Assembly: GCA_965208785.1 (NCBI GenBank)
Contig: OZ242356.1
Location: 3,138,929 to 3,202,928 of the forward strand
Source: Acidimicrobiales bacterium
Lineage (GTDB): Bacteria; Actinomycetota; Acidimicrobiia; Acidimicrobiales; Bin134
Direction of reading: 5' to 3'
DNA: 64,000 bases
How positions within the stretch are numbered: the first letter of the stretch is position 1; each line of letters starts with the position of its first letter. Positions 45,871 to 56,091 of this stretch are shown in pieces. The notes beneath the pieces are model-generated. The model saw only the letters and a program-made list of their open reading frames with translations. It did not search any database and was not told where the DNA came from. The translations under genes and the position numbers were made by a program.

Positions 45871-47108
45871 TGATTCTCCTCACGGGCGTCGGCCCGGTCT
45901 TCCATCACCAAGTCGAGGACGGCTCGGGCCACCTGGCGTTTGGAGCGCAGTCCGACCGGCCGGACCCGGCCATCGGAAGCTAGCACCGTCACCTCGTTGG
46001 TGTCGCAGGCGAAACCTACGTTCTCGGCCGCCACGTCATTGGCCACGATGTAGTCGGCGCACTTGCCGCTCAGCTTGGCCGCCGCGTTGTCAGCCACATC
46101 GCAGGTCTCGGCGGCAAACCCCACCAAGATCTGGCCCTCCGGCTTGGATGCCCCCAACCCAGCGAGGATGTCGGGAGTGGGCTCCAGTTGGATGGCGGGC
46201 ACGCCATCGCTCTTTTTGATCTTCACCCCCGCGGGATCTACCGGGCGGAAATCGGCTACCGCCGCAGCCATGATCACCACATCGACTTCCTTGGCGGCCT
46301 CAGCGGTGGCCACAGCCATCTCCTCGGCGGTGTTCACTCTCACCACCGTGACCCCGGGCGCCACGGTGGGGCCCAGGGGCCCAGGGCGGTCCACGGTGGA
46401 GACGAGGGTCACCTCGGCGCCCCGGGCGGCGGCCTCTTCGGCGAAGGCGTAGCCCTGCTTGCCCGACGACCGGTTCCCGATATAGCGCACCGGATCGATG
46501 GGCTCCCGAGTGCCCCCCGCGGTTACCACCACCGACAGACCGCCCATATCGAGGCGTCGGCCGGAGAAATCGAGCACCCGGTCCACCTCGGCCACTATGT
46601 CGGCTGGCGAGCTGAGCCTGCCCGCACCCTCGTCGCCCCCCGCCAAGCGGCCCGACTCCGGTCCCACAATGGAAACACCCCGCTTGACCAGGGTAGCGAT
46701 GTTGTCGGCCACCGCCGGGTGCTCCCACATCTCGGTGTGCATGGCCGGACAGATCACCACCGGCGCCCGGGTGGCGATGAGCGTGGCCGTGAGCAGGTCG
46801 GAGCTGATGCCGGCGGCGTAGGCGCCGATCACCCGGGCGGTGGCCGGGGCGACGAGCACGCAATCGGCCGTCTGGCCCAGCGTGGTGTGGGGAATGGGGT
46901 CGTCCTCGTCGAAGAGGCTCATCCGAACCGGCTCTGAGGCCAGCGCATCGAAGGTGGCGCGGCCCACAAACCGGGTGGCGCCGTTGGTGAGCACTGGAAT
47001 CACGTGGGTGCCCGCATCCATCAGCCGGCGGCAGACTTCAACCGCCTTGTACGCCGCGATCCCCCCGCTCACGCCGAGCACGATGCGCTTGCCGGCGAGC
47101 GAATTCAT
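45867..47108 (-). CDS. coaBC: Bifunctional phosphopantothenoylcysteine decarboxylase/synthetase
   Basis: Start at [21 protein letters not shown]. Motifs PAMHTEMW and NRSSGKQG. Confidence 0.9.
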   Translation of the reverse strand: MNSLAGKRIVLGVSGGIAAYKAVEVCRRLMDAGTHVIPVLTNGATRFVGRATFDALASEPVRMSLFDEDDPIPHTTLGQTADCVLVAPATARVIGAYAAGISSDLLTATLIATRAPVVICPAMHTEMWEHPAVADNIATLVKRGVSIVGPESGRLAGGDEGAGRLSSPADIVAEVDRVLDFSGRRLDMGGLSVVVTAGGTREPIDPVRYIGNRSSGKQGYAFAEEAAARGAEVTLVSTVDRPGPLGPTVAPGVTVVRVNTAEEMAVATAEAAKEVDVVIMAAAVADFRPVDPAGVKIKKSDGVPAIQLEPTPDILAGLGASKPEGQILVGFAAETCDVADNAAAKLSGKCADYIVANDVAAENVGFACDTNEVTVLASDGRVRPVGLRSKRQVARAVLDLVMEDRADAREENQ

Positions 47109-47115
47109 TGGCTTG

Positions 47116-47481
47116 TCAGGACGCAGAGTTGAGATCGGCCTCGGCCTGATCGGCGCCGTCGCGGTCATCCCCACCGGTCTCGGCTTCACCGGTGGGAATC
47201 AAGGTGTCGGCCAGAACCCCCTCTTCGGGCACCTCAGGAGGATCAACCGCAACGATCTTGTCCGACGCGATCTCTTCGAAGGCTATGGACAGAGGCTTGC
47301 GGGACATGGTAAGCACCTGCGGCGGAACCATCGCCCCCAAGCCCTCGCCGAGCTGGCCGAAGTAGGAGTTGATCTGGCAGGCCCTCAGCGCTCCCAGGGT
47401 AACCAGGCGGAACTTGGAGTCGGTGCGGCCCAGGAGTTCCTCGATGGTCGGGTACATCATGGTGTCGTGCTGTTCGGTCAT
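47116..47481 (-). CDS. rpoZ: DNA-directed RNA polymerase subunit omega
   Basis: IEELLGRTDSKFRLVTLGALRA. Confidence 0.85.
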   Translation of the reverse strand: MTEQHDTMMYPTIEELLGRTDSKFRLVTLGALRACQINSYFGQLGEGLGAMVPPQVLTMSRKPLSIAFEEIASDKIVAVDPPEVPEEGVLADTLIPTGEAETGGDDRDGADQAEADLNSAS

Positions 47482-47567
47482 CAGTGCAGCCTTCTTCCAA
47501 CAGGTACTGAGAAGAGCGAGCCAATGGTATCAGGGCAGGCTGGCTTAATCGTCATCGACAAGCCGCC

Positions 47568-47631
47568 CCGACGGGCTTCTTCGATGAGAAGAGCCATCAT
47601 GGCCGACGGGCTTCTTCGATGAGAAGAGCCA
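47568..47631. repeat. Perfect 29-nt direct repeat with a 35-bp period at the gmk 3' end
   Basis: CCGACGGGCTTCTTCGATGAGAAGAGCCA occurs at 47568-47596 and 47603-47631. Confidence 0.9.
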
Positions 47632-48121
47632 CCGCCGCCACCGCTTCGGTAAGGCTGTCGTTGACGACGTGGACCGCGTTGAGCTCATAGGCCAGGATTC
47701 GCTCGGAGTCGGCCAGGGCCAGCCGCTTGGCGATATGAGCCTCCGCATCGCCCCGGCCGCGCAAACGGGATTCCTGCTCGGCCGCTGATGGCGCTTCCAC
47801 AAAGATGCACAAGGCATCGGGGTGGCTCTCCCTGACTTGGGCTGCTCCCTGGACATCGATCTCCAACAAGACATCACAGCCGGCCGGAGGATCGGGTTGT
47901 GGCGTTCCGTAGAGGTTTCCGGCGATCTCTGCCCATTCCACGAAGCCCCCCTCGGCGATCTTGGCCTGGAACTCGGCCTCGTCGGCGAACACATAGGCGG
48001 TTTCGGGCTCGTCAGGGCGACGCGCCCGGGTGGTCCATGAGCGGCTGAGCCACAATCTGGGGTCCGCGGCCACCAGAGCGGCCGCGATCGTTCCCTTGCC
48101 GACCCCGCCGGGGCCGGACAA
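47597..48121 (-). CDS. gmk: Guanylate kinase
   Basis: P-loop [10 protein letters not shown]. The listed TTG start looks slightly short, so the start is uncertain. The 3' end is affected by the tandem duplication. Confidence 0.85.
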   Translation of the reverse strand: MSGPGGVGKGTIAAALVAADPRLWLSRSWTTRARRPDEPETAYVFADEAEFQAKIAEGGFVEWAEIAGNLYGTPQPDPPAGCDVLLEIDVQGAAQVRESHPDALCIFVEAPSAAEQESRLRGRGDAEAHIAKRLALADSERILAYELNAVHVVNDSLTEAVAAVALLIEEARRP

Positions 48122-48141
48122 AACGATGACGAGTGGCTGAT

Positions 48142-48462
48142 CTACGAGTCGCCGCAGCGTGCGAGCAGCGAGGCCCGCTGCTGATCGCCCAGCCCGCGGA
48201 TGCGACGGCTGTCGGCAATGCCGACCTCGTCCATCATCTTGCGGGCCCGCACCTTGCCCATGCCTGGAAGGGATTCCAAGACGGCGAGCACTTTGGTGCC
48301 GGCGATTACCTCGTCGGTTTCAGCATCTTCAAGCAGCTGAGCGAGCGTGATGGTCTTCATCTTGAGCTTGTGCTTGACGTCGGCGCGCTTGCGGCGCACC
48401 TCGCCAGCCTTCTTCAACGCATCTTGACGCTGCTCTGCTGTCAATTGTGGGGGTCCTGCCAT
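48142..48462 (-). CDS. mihF: Actinobacterial integration host factor
   Basis: [21 protein letters not shown]...[13 protein letters not shown]. Conserved position before gmk. Confidence 0.85.
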   Translation of the reverse strand: MAGPPQLTAEQRQDALKKAGEVRRKRADVKHKLKMKTITLAQLLEDAETDEVIAGTKVLAVLESLPGMGKVRARKMMDEVGIADSRRIRGLGDQQRASLLARCGDS

Positions 48463-48641
48463 TACACCATTGTAGTTTCAACTTCAAGTCTTGTGGTGGA
48501 TTTCTGCTGTTATGCCGGGAGACCGCCCTTTTGGCCCAGCAGGTCCTGGTGGAGCGGGGCGAGATCAGCCCCGGCGCGCCGATAGGGGAAAGGGGGGAAA
48601 GACCGTCGGGCGTCCCCCGCCAGCCGCATAATGGGACCGAG

Positions 48642-48780
48642 ATGTGTGGCCGGTACAGCCTGACCTCCAGCCTGCAAGAGCTGGCCGAAGGGCAATCGCA
48701 TCCCGTCCTGCGCCATCATCACCACTGAGGCCAACGACGTCCCCGAAGTCACCGCGCCGCTGCCCCGGCTCCCCTTCTGA
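48642..48780 (+). pseudogene. Remnant of an SOS-response-associated peptidase (SRAP/YedK) gene
   Basis: MCGRYSLTS is the N-terminus with the catalytic Cys2. A frame change follows, to CAIITTEANDV, with most of the gene missing. Confidence 0.45.
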
Positions 48781-48797
48781 GCGTGTAGGTTGGGCCT

Positions 48798-49358
48798 GTG
48801 CGATTGGAACGGGCCGCGGGGTATGGCGCGCTGACCAGCACCGGCGTGCTCATCGCCCACACATCCGGCTATCTGATCGCCTACTCCAGCGCTGCCGACC
48901 GCAACATCGCACTGGCCGGGCACGCCTACTTCGGCCCGACAGCCTGGGTGATAATCCCGCTGGCCTCGCTGCTCATCGCCGCGGTGGTGGTCCGGGCCGC
49001 GGCCCGCAGCGCGGTCACCGGGTTCCAGCCGGGGGTGGTGTCGGCTGCCACCATGGGCGGATTCCTCGCTCTCGAGGTACTGGAGCGAGTACCCGCCGGT
49101 GAGCACCATGCCGTTCTCACTGAGCCCGGCGTGGTGGCCGGCCTGGCTCTGTCGCTTCCCGTGGGGTGGGTGCTGGCCAAACTCGCCCGAAGCATCGAGC
49201 ACATCGTCGAGGCCATCGTCAACAGCTCGCGGCGGCAGTGGTCGCGCCACGCGGCGCCGGCCGCCCCAGTCGATGCGCCGGCTGCCGCCATCGGGCAGTT
49301 CTTCGGCCTGCTCCCCTCGCCCCGGGGTCCTCCAGGGTTGCGTGTTCTGACCATCTGA
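48798..49358 (+). CDS. Hypothetical membrane protein
   Basis: 186 aa with about four hydrophobic segments. Confidence 0.4.
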   Translation: MRLERAAGYGALTSTGVLIAHTSGYLIAYSSAADRNIALAGHAYFGPTAWVIIPLASLLIAAVVVRAAARSAVTGFQPGVVSAATMGGFLALEVLERVPAGEHHAVLTEPGVVAGLALSLPVGWVLAKLARSIEHIVEAIVNSSRRQWSRHAAPAAPVDAPAAAIGQFFGLLPSPRGPPGLRVLTI

Positions 49359-49389
49359 CCTGAACACGCCCCAGAGAGAGGAGCCCAAA

Positions 49390-49884
49390 ATGAAATCAAC
49401 CCGTTATGCGCGGGTGCTGGTCGGCCTGCTGGCCGTTCTCGGCTTGCTGACCACCGCCTGCGCCAACGACGACACTGCGGTGCCAGCGGCGACGACCGGC
49501 CCCACGATCGTCCCCGAGACCCCGCAGCCCACTGACAGTCATTCCGATGAAATGGCCATGGAGGAAACCGACCACGGTCACGACCACGGCCACGCCACGC
49601 TGATGGAGATGGATGACAGTGCAGATACAACCATCGAAGTTGAGGTGGCCGGAGGCAAGCCGGTGGACGGGGTGCAGCGTCACCAGATCGACGCCCGAGA
49701 CATCGTCACCATTGTGGTGAACGGCGACACCACCGACGAGCTCCACATCCACGGCTACGACCTCGTAGTGCCCTTCACCCCCGGCCAGCCCGGTTCAATC
49801 ACTTTCGAGGCCGACATCCCCGGCATCTTCGAGGTGGAGACCCACCACCACGGTGATCTGGTGATGGAGCTCCAGGTGGGATGA
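49390..49884 (+). CDS. His-rich lipoprotein, possible metal-binding (cupredoxin-like C-terminal half)
   Basis: Lipobox LLTTAC, a His/Asp/Met-rich stretch (SHSDEMAMEETDHGHDHGH) and a C-terminal HIHGYD...ETHHHGD. Confidence 0.6.
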   Translation: MKSTRYARVLVGLLAVLGLLTTACANDDTAVPAATTGPTIVPETPQPTDSHSDEMAMEETDHGHDHGHATLMEMDDSADTTIEVEVAGGKPVDGVQRHQIDARDIVTIVVNGDTTDELHIHGYDLVVPFTPGQPGSITFEADIPGIFEVETHHHGDLVMELQVG

Positions 49885-49891
49885 TTCTGGC

Positions 49892-51226
49892 GTGACCATG
49901 CTGAACACCGTGCTGGCCCACGGGGTGGGGTCGCGGGGCGACTTGCCCCTGCCGTTCTATCTGTTCGGCATCGGCGCCGCCGTGGCCCTCATGGCCGCCT
50001 TCGTCAGCTTGAGCTTCTTCTGGCATCGGGCCTGGCTGCCCGAGGCCGCAACGGGCCGGAGTCTGGGGATGGCCTTCGGTCGGGTGCTGGATGTGGTGGC
50101 CGTACCGGCCCGGCTGGCTTCGCTGGCGTTGTTCGTGCTGGCCCTGGCCAGCAGCGTGAGCGGCGCCGCGGTGGGAAGCCAGCGGTTCGGACCCCTCACG
50201 GTGTATGTGGCGCTGTGGGTGGGGATGGCGATGGTGACGGCGGTGTTCGGCGATGTATGGCGGGTGCTCAACCCGTTCGAGACCATCGCCTCCGCCATCG
50301 AGTGGACCGCGGGCAAGCTGGACCTGCCCCAGTTCAAAGACACCGGTGAGATCCCCGGCGGCTACTGGCCCTCGGTGATCGCGCTGGGATGGTTTCTGTT
50401 CTTCGAGCTCTGCTACCACAACGGCACCACCAACGATGCGGTGGGCGGGGCCATGATCGCCTACACGCTGGGGATGGTCGGCGGTTCGGCGGTGTACGGG
50501 CGGCGCTGGCTGCGCCAAGCCGACGGGTTCGGGGTGCTGTTCTCGCTGCTGGCCCAGATGTCGCCGCTGTACCGAGACGACACCGGGGCGGTGCGGTGCC
50601 GGGCACCGCTGTCGGGGCTGACCACCGTTACCCCCCGCCTCGACCTGCTGGCTGTGCTGCTGGTGGTGCTGGGCGGCACCACCTTCGACTCGCTGGTCGG
50701 CAGCACCCTGTGGCCCAAACTGGTGGGCACCCACCGGGGCTGGACCGCCACCGGCACCAATACCCTGGGAATGATCGTCGTCATCGCCATCATGGCGGCG
50801 CTCTACTACCTGGGGTCGCTGGCCGTGGGCTGGTTCACCGAGCAGTCCGCCCCCGAGGTGGCCCGGCGCTTCGCCCACTCCCTGGTGCCCATCGTGTTGG
50901 GCTACACCGTGGCCCACTACTTCTCGCTGCTGGTGCTCGACGGTGGCCAGAACTTCCTGCGCCTGTTGTCGAACCCGTTCGACCGCGGCTCCAACTGGTT
51001 CGGGACGGCTGACTGGGCGGTGAACTTCTTTTTGGTCTCCGCCGATGCCATCGCCTGGGTGCAGTTCTCAGCCATCGTCATCGGCCATATCGCCGCGGTG
51101 CTGGTGGCCCACGACCGGGCCGTGGAGACCAGCAAGGCCGATGAAGCTGTCTGGGCCCAGCGTCCCATGCTCATCGTCATGGTGTTCTACAGCGTGGTCG
51201 GCCTCTGGCTCCTCCAAGAAGCCTGA
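49892..51226 (+). CDS. Polytopic integral membrane protein
   Basis: 444 aa with at least 10 hydrophobic segments. N-terminal AHGVGSRGDLPLP motif. Starts 8 nt after the lipoprotein gene. Confidence 0.6.
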   Translation: MTMLNTVLAHGVGSRGDLPLPFYLFGIGAAVALMAAFVSLSFFWHRAWLPEAATGRSLGMAFGRVLDVVAVPARLASLALFVLALASSVSGAAVGSQRFGPLTVYVALWVGMAMVTAVFGDVWRVLNPFETIASAIEWTAGKLDLPQFKDTGEIPGGYWPSVIALGWFLFFELCYHNGTTNDAVGGAMIAYTLGMVGGSAVYGRRWLRQADGFGVLFSLLAQMSPLYRDDTGAVRCRAPLSGLTTVTPRLDLLAVLLVVLGGTTFDSLVGSTLWPKLVGTHRGWTATGTNTLGMIVVIAIMAALYYLGSLAVGWFTEQSAPEVARRFAHSLVPIVLGYTVAHYFSLLVLDGGQNFLRLLSNPFDRGSNWFGTADWAVNFFLVSADAIAWVQFSAIVIGHIAAVLVAHDRAVETSKADEAVWAQRPMLIVMVFYSVVGLWLLQEA

Positions 51227-51346
51227 CCGGGCGCTGTTCCGGCAAGCTCGGAATAGAGTGAGGCATGGCCACGCAAACGACGGCGGCTGCCTAGGCACCC
51301 TCGACGTGAAGATCCCCGCCGACATGCACGCGACAGAAGAGCTCTG

Positions 51347-51368
51347 AGCGCCCACAGCAGGATTCGAA
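51347..51368. repeat. att-like direct repeat of the tRNA-Arg 3' end (distal copy)
   Basis: AGCGCCCACAGCAGGATTCGAA versus AGCGCCCACGGCAGGATTCGAA at 57664-57685 (21 of 22 identical). Confidence 0.75.
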
Positions 51369-51494
51369 AATTTGCCAAACGCCCAGGTAGAGACACCAAA
51401 CGGGCGCTGGCAACTTGCTCTTCCCCCACTTTATCCCCCATTTGTGGCGCGATTGTCGAGGAGGACGCGGTTCGTGGGCAATGGCTTACTGCTA

Positions 51495-52066
51495 CTAGTG
51501 GTGTGTCGCGGATTTGGTGATCCGGTCGAGGGTTGCTCGTCCTGAGGCGACTTTGTCGATGATTTGTTGGGCTGTGCGGGTCCATGTGAAGGGTTCGGGG
51601 TTGTCGTTGGAGTGCTCGACCCACCAGTCGATGCGGTTCTCGAGTTCTGCGACTGATGAGAAGCTGGTGTTCGCGAGGGCTTTGCGGGTCAGCACGCTGA
51701 ACCAGGCCTCGACGAGGTTCAGCCATGAGGAGCTGGTGGGGGTGAAGTGGAGGTGCCAGCGTTTTCGCTTGGGGTGGGAGAGCCAGTCGCGAACGGTCTG
51801 GGACTTGTGGGCCGAGAGGTTGTCCAAGATGACGTGGAGCTCCAGGTCCTTTGGGACGTGGAGGTCGATCAGCTTGAAGAACCCCAGCACGTCGCGTCCG
51901 GTGTGGCTGCGCCGGGTGTCGTGGAGCACTTCGCCGGTGGCGACGTTGAGCGCGGCGAACAGGTCCACGGTGCCGTGCCGCTTGCAGTCATGGGCATGGT
52001 GCCAGCCCGGCCGGGGACCATCGGCAGCGACGGCTGGGTCCGGTCAGGGTCAATAGGCCCCCCTCC
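51495..52066 (-). pseudogene. IS630 family transposase, 5'-truncated and frameshifted
   Basis: The C-terminal 157 aa look roughly 70% identical by eye to the intact copy and end in the same KSATHH. Upstream, IDPDRTQPSLPMVPGR is in a different frame. The terminal CTAGTGGTGTGTCGCGGATTTGGT is conserved. Confidence 0.8.
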
Positions 52067-52112
52067 CCCCCTTCATTGAAGCATCTGGGCGGCGGTGACA
52101 TCCTGCCCGTGA

Positions 52113-52283
52113 GCCCAGTTCTGGGGGTCAATCCGACGCTGGCTGCCAAAAGGCACCGACCTGCATATCCCAGCAGTGCGCCTGTCCATAATCGAGGACA
52201 ACCTCAACACCATGCCCCGCAAACTCCACAACTGGAACTCAGCCCAAACCATCTACACCGCCCTCAACCGCAACCACCGATAG
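52113..52283 (+). pseudogene. IS30 family transposase, C-terminal fragment
   Basis: IRRWLPKGTDLHIP...IEDNLNTMPRKLHNWNSAQTIY* matches the conserved IS30 C-terminus. No ORF in the track covers this frame. Confidence 0.55.
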
Positions 52284-52344
52284 AGCTTGCCCCGTTTCGG
52301 AACGACGGGCCCGTGGAGCCGCCGCTTTTAGAATCCGTGGTCGG

Positions 52345-52638
52345 CTAGCTGCACTTGCGGCGAGTGTCGGCTTCGGCCAGGATCATGTTCACCCGCGCTG
52401 AGAACAAAGCCTCCGATGAGTGGTCGTGCTCGGCCACGGCGGAACTCGATTCGGGGTTGTCGGCTACAGCCTCGTCCGCCAAGGCGTGCTCTTAGAACTC
52501 GTCTTGCCAGCGCAGCTCGGCACTCGCCTGCTCGATAGCCGCCTGCTCGCAGCCAGCTTCAGACGGCGGTGAACAGGAGAGGGCGAGCATTCCCGCCGCA
52601 ACAACAACGGCGGGAATGCCTATCCGATAGCACCTCAC
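52345..52638 (-). pseudogene. Small lipoprotein-like ORF interrupted by one in-frame TAA
   Basis: Hand translation gives VRCYRIGIPAVVVAAGMLALSCSPP...WQDEF*EHALADEAV...RRKCS*. The lipobox is LALSC and the TAA lies at 52492-52494. Confidence 0.3.
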
Positions 52639-52647
52639 ACAAGCTAC

Positions 52648-52848
52648 CTACGGACTATCGACGACCGCGCTCTTGCGGCGGAAGAAACGGGACACAGCCC
52701 TTTGCGCTGTCATCACAGATGGCATCACGACCGCCATTGCTATAACCCAGATGAGATTAACGCTCGTGGTGAAAACCCCCAGCATGACAAAAACCGTCAT
52801 TCCCGCCGCGGCAATAGCCGCGCGGGCTGCGAACTCCGCTCTTGTCAT
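52648..52848 (-). CDS. Two-TM mini membrane protein (66 aa)
   Basis: Two hydrophobic helices. The start sits inside a 17-bp tandem duplication directly after the upstream gene. Confidence 0.5.
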   Translation of the reverse strand: MTRAEFAARAAIAAAGMTVFVMLGVFTTSVNLIWVIAMAVVMPSVMTAQRAVSRFFRRKSAVVDSP

Positions 52849-52866
52849 GTCTCCGCTCTTGTCATG

Positions 52867-53331
52867 TCAGCAACTCACCATCACTCCGATTTGGGCCCCG
52901 GCGCTCGGCGCTGCGACCACTTGGCCTCCGGGGATCAAGCCCGCAACGAGGTTAGCACCCGCCCATCCCACATGGAGCCACTTATTGCACCTATTCACAT
53001 GTGATCCGTGATACCAATAGGTAGTCGGCGGCACCCACACTGACACGGTGTAGGTTTCCCAAGAACTCTGGGTACGAGCGCACACCCACGTATCGGTAGC
53101 GTAGTCAATCTCGTGCTGTACGCACCGCGACGTGAGCCTAGTTCTGGGTACTGGCTCCCAATACCCGCCTACGGTCTTCCAATAGCCGGGATGCGCCGAC
53201 GCTGACTCGGTGCTGTCGCCGACCACTGGAACCCATCCGGGCATCGGTGCTACTGCCAGGGTTGTGGCCAGCATGACTGCTGCCAGCGCTAGGGAGAGTG
53301 CTTTCCTGGGAAAGCCTTGCAGTCCAAGCAT
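52867..53331 (-). CDS. Small secreted Trp/Tyr-rich protein with a Gly-rich hydrophobic C-terminal tail
   Basis: Start MLGLQGF at 53331 is preceded by AGGAGG. Signal peptide ALSLALAAVMLATTLAVA. Mature part is about 120 aa. Confidence 0.6.
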   Translation of the reverse strand: MLGLQGFPRKALSLALAAVMLATTLAVAPMPGWVPVVGDSTESASAHPGYWKTVGGYWEPVPRTRLTSRCVQHEIDYATDTWVCARTQSSWETYTVSVWVPPTTYWYHGSHVNRCNKWLHVGWAGANLVAGLIPGGQVVAAPSAGAQIGVMVSC

Positions 53332-53782
53332 TTGGCTCCTCCTTGTGGAAGGTGGTGGATATTTGCCTTTATCCGCCGCGTGAGAACCCATACGGAAAGA
53401 GCGCCTGCGACGTGAGAGCCGCGTGGGAAACCCGTGCCCATACGGGGCATTCTCGGTGTGGGCGGCAGGGAGATCGGGCCGGGTCCGCACGGCCCCGCCA
53501 GTGGCGCGACAGCCGATTGCCCGACGCAATCTCTCGGCGACTGACGTTGACCTCGGGCCTGCGGGGTCCGGTCGCCCGGGGATTCCGGGCGCTAGTCGGG
53601 ACTGTTGTTTGTGCTGTTCAGCGGACTATTGGACCTTTCGGTTGCGGAGGGGTGCCTAGGCTGGTTGGAGATTGGCTTGACAGGGGCTGTGGTTTCGAAG
53701 TAAGGAATAAAGGCAATTATCAGCCATATAACATCTAACTAGTTAGTTTTGGCTGATTATAGTTGCTGTTGGTGTTCTGCGG

Positions 53783-54924
53783 TTGGTGTCTGCTAGACCA
53801 GCCGACATGGCTCAGATAACAGACGGTTATGGCGGCGCGGCCGGGGACAGGAGGGCGGGGTGCGTCTGCCCTCCTTGTCGATGCGCGGCCAGCCGCGCGC
53901 CCGGCGGCGGCGGGCCTCAGGGCCAGGGCAAGTCGGGGAATCGGGGGCGGGAGATCGCTCGGGCCAAGGCGGCGGCGTTGTCTGCGAACACTTTGAGGAC
54001 CTATGCCACGGGGTGGGGCAGTTTTTGCTCGTGGGCGAACGCCCAGGGCATAGATGTGTGGTCGGCTGATTCGTCTGATGTGGAGGGGTGGCTGGTGGAT
54101 CTCGCCGCGGAGGGCAAGAAGCCGTTGACTTTATGCACCTACCGCGCCGCGGTGGCCCACGGCTACGGCGAGCGGGGCGGCGCCAACCCCGCCCAGGACC
54201 CGCAGGTCAGCCGGGTGCTGTCGGGGCTCAGGCGCCAGGCCGCCGAGGAGGGCTATCTCCCAAGACAGGCCGCCCCGCTGCGCTTTCACCACGTCGAACA
54301 GATCGCCGACTCGGCGTTCGAGCCGCGGCGCAGCCGGCCCGGAGGGCGGCTGGAAAACGCCGAGCAGGCCGCGGCCCGCGCTGTGGTCGACATCGCTTTG
54401 GCCGCTGTGGCCCACGACGGCTTGTTGCGCTGCTCGGAGCTGCTGGCGATCAGGTGGGCCGACATCATCTTCACCGACAACGGCGGGGCGCCCTGATCTA
54501 CATCCGCCGCTCAAAGACCGACCAGACCGCCGACGGCGCATACGCGCCCATCTCCCAGTTCGCCTCAAACGCACTCAAGCAAATCAAACCCGCCGACGCT
54601 GGCCCCGACGCATTGGTGTTCGACCTGTCCCCCAGCACCGTCGCCCGGCGCCTCAAAGCCGCCGCGAAAGCCGCCGGCATAGACCCCGCTGACATCTCCA
54701 CCCACTCGCCCCGCGTCGGCATGGCCCAAGACCTCGCCGCCTCAGGCTTCGACATGGCCGCCATCATGGTCGCAGGCCGCTGGAGCACCCCAGCAATGAT
54801 CGCCCGATACACCCGACGACTCACCGCCGCCGACACCGCCATCGCCAAACACCTCCAAACCCGACAACCCCGCCCCAGCCGACAAATGCCCTGTAACACC
54901 AACACCACACCCCAAGCCGCATAG
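53783..54924 (+). pseudogene. Tyrosine recombinase/integrase with a frameshift near 54490
   Basis: The N-terminal SAM-like domain and catalytic Arg region (LRCSELLAIRWADI) are in ORF 53783-54496. IRRSKTDQ, HSPRVG, GRW and ARYT are in ORF 54088-54924. Confidence 0.75.
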
Positions 54925-55239
54925 ACCGCGGGACCAGCCAACGGGGGGAACCTCAGGGGGAACCTCATGGCACTGTCGGGGCGGCCGCGGGTTTTACGGC
55001 TGTTGGATTTTTTTCGGTCGTGCATTGGGGTTGCGACCGGGTGGATGCGGTTTACGACCGGTGCCACGGAGGGTTGCGACCGGTCGCGACAGGCTCGGTG
55101 GTACATGATGGCGGTCATGTGCAGGGTTCTTGGCCTTCTGCGGGCGGTGGGTTGCGGCGGTGCTGCTCGTGTTGGCGGACCAGGGACGCGGGCCGTGGAA
55201 GCTGTATGTTTCTCAGATCGGCTCTGGTATATTTCTCAT

Positions 55240-56091
55240 ATGGGCTCTGTCAAGGTTCTGAAGGGTCTGGGACCGGTGTTCTCGACTCGGGAGTTCGAGC
55301 GGGCGGCCGGGGTGCGCCCGTCTTCGGCGTCGCGCGCACTGGGGGAGTTGGCGGCCGGGGGCAGGGTGGAGAAGATTCGCCGGGGGACGTGGCGCAACTT
55401 CTGTGTGGAGTGGCCGTCTGCGGCCGATCAATTGGTCGGCGCCGGCCCTGTATCGCACCATTGGACTGCGGAATGGGAGGCGGAGCTGGAGGCGGCCTAT
55501 GGGGGCGCTGTTCGCCGTATCTCAGGTCTGACCGCGTTGGGAATGGCGGGGGCGGCGCTGATCTGCCGGCCGGAGGTCAGCGTGGCCGGCGCCGTCGCGT
55601 TCGACACTGATCCGTTCGGGTTCTCGTCATGGCGGGAGAGCCCCGAGGCGCTCTTGGTGGGCGCGGCACAGCTGACGGAGCACACCTGGGTGTCGACGCC
55701 CGCTCGGGCGATGTTGGAGTGCGCCCACCACCCTTACCGCTCGCACCGCTGGGAGGAGTATGTGGGCCGCATGTTGGCCTGGCGCTTCGAAGTGTGCGCG
55801 CCCGACGAGGTCGCCGAGGTGGCGGGCGCTTTGGGATGGCGCGCCGGATTGCGGCGGATCTCGTCTTTGGCACAGGGACTGGCCGAGACCCCGGCAGGGC
55901 AAAGCCTGGGGTTCGACATCGACCCCCGGTGGGCTGATCTGGGCTCCGCCGCTCGCCGAGGGGACGACTGGATTCACCTCGCGCCGCTGCACCGCACCGG
56001 CGATCCGCCCCGCATCGCCCACCAAGATGCGGCACGCAAGGTCAACTGGGCGGCGGCACCCGAAGCTCTGGCCGCCGCGGTGTCGACATGA
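55240..56091 (+). CDS. abiEi: AbiEi-family type IV antitoxin (wHTH)
   Basis: Start taken at MGSVKVLKGL. FSTREFERAAGVRPSSASRALGELAAGGRVEKIRRGTW is a typical AbiEi N-terminus. The stop overlaps the abiEii start (ATGA). Confidence 0.65.
   Translation: MGSVKVLKGLGPVFSTREFERAAGVRPSSASRALGELAAGGRVEKIRRGTWRNFCVEWPSAADQLVGAGPVSHHWTAEWEAELEAAYGGAVRRISGLTALGMAGAALICRPEVSVAGAVAFDTDPFGFSSWRESPEALLVGAAQLTEHTWVSTPARAMLECAHHPYRSHRWEEYVGRMLAWRFEVCAPDEVAEVAGALGWRAGLRRISSLAQGLAETPAGQSLGFDIDPRWADLGSAARRGDDWIHLAPLHRTGDPPRIAHQDAARKVNWAAAPEALAAAVST

Noticed and set aside
39308-45880. Searched for an FMN riboswitch upstream of ribD and a SAM riboswitch upstream of metK.
   Set aside because: Both genes start in overlap with the preceding gene (ATTGA and ATGA junctions), which leaves no leader region.
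54967-55239. N-terminal 91-aa extension of the AbiEi ORF.
   Set aside because: The extension has no AbiEi similarity and a poor composition. The conserved wHTH begins right after the ATG at 55240.
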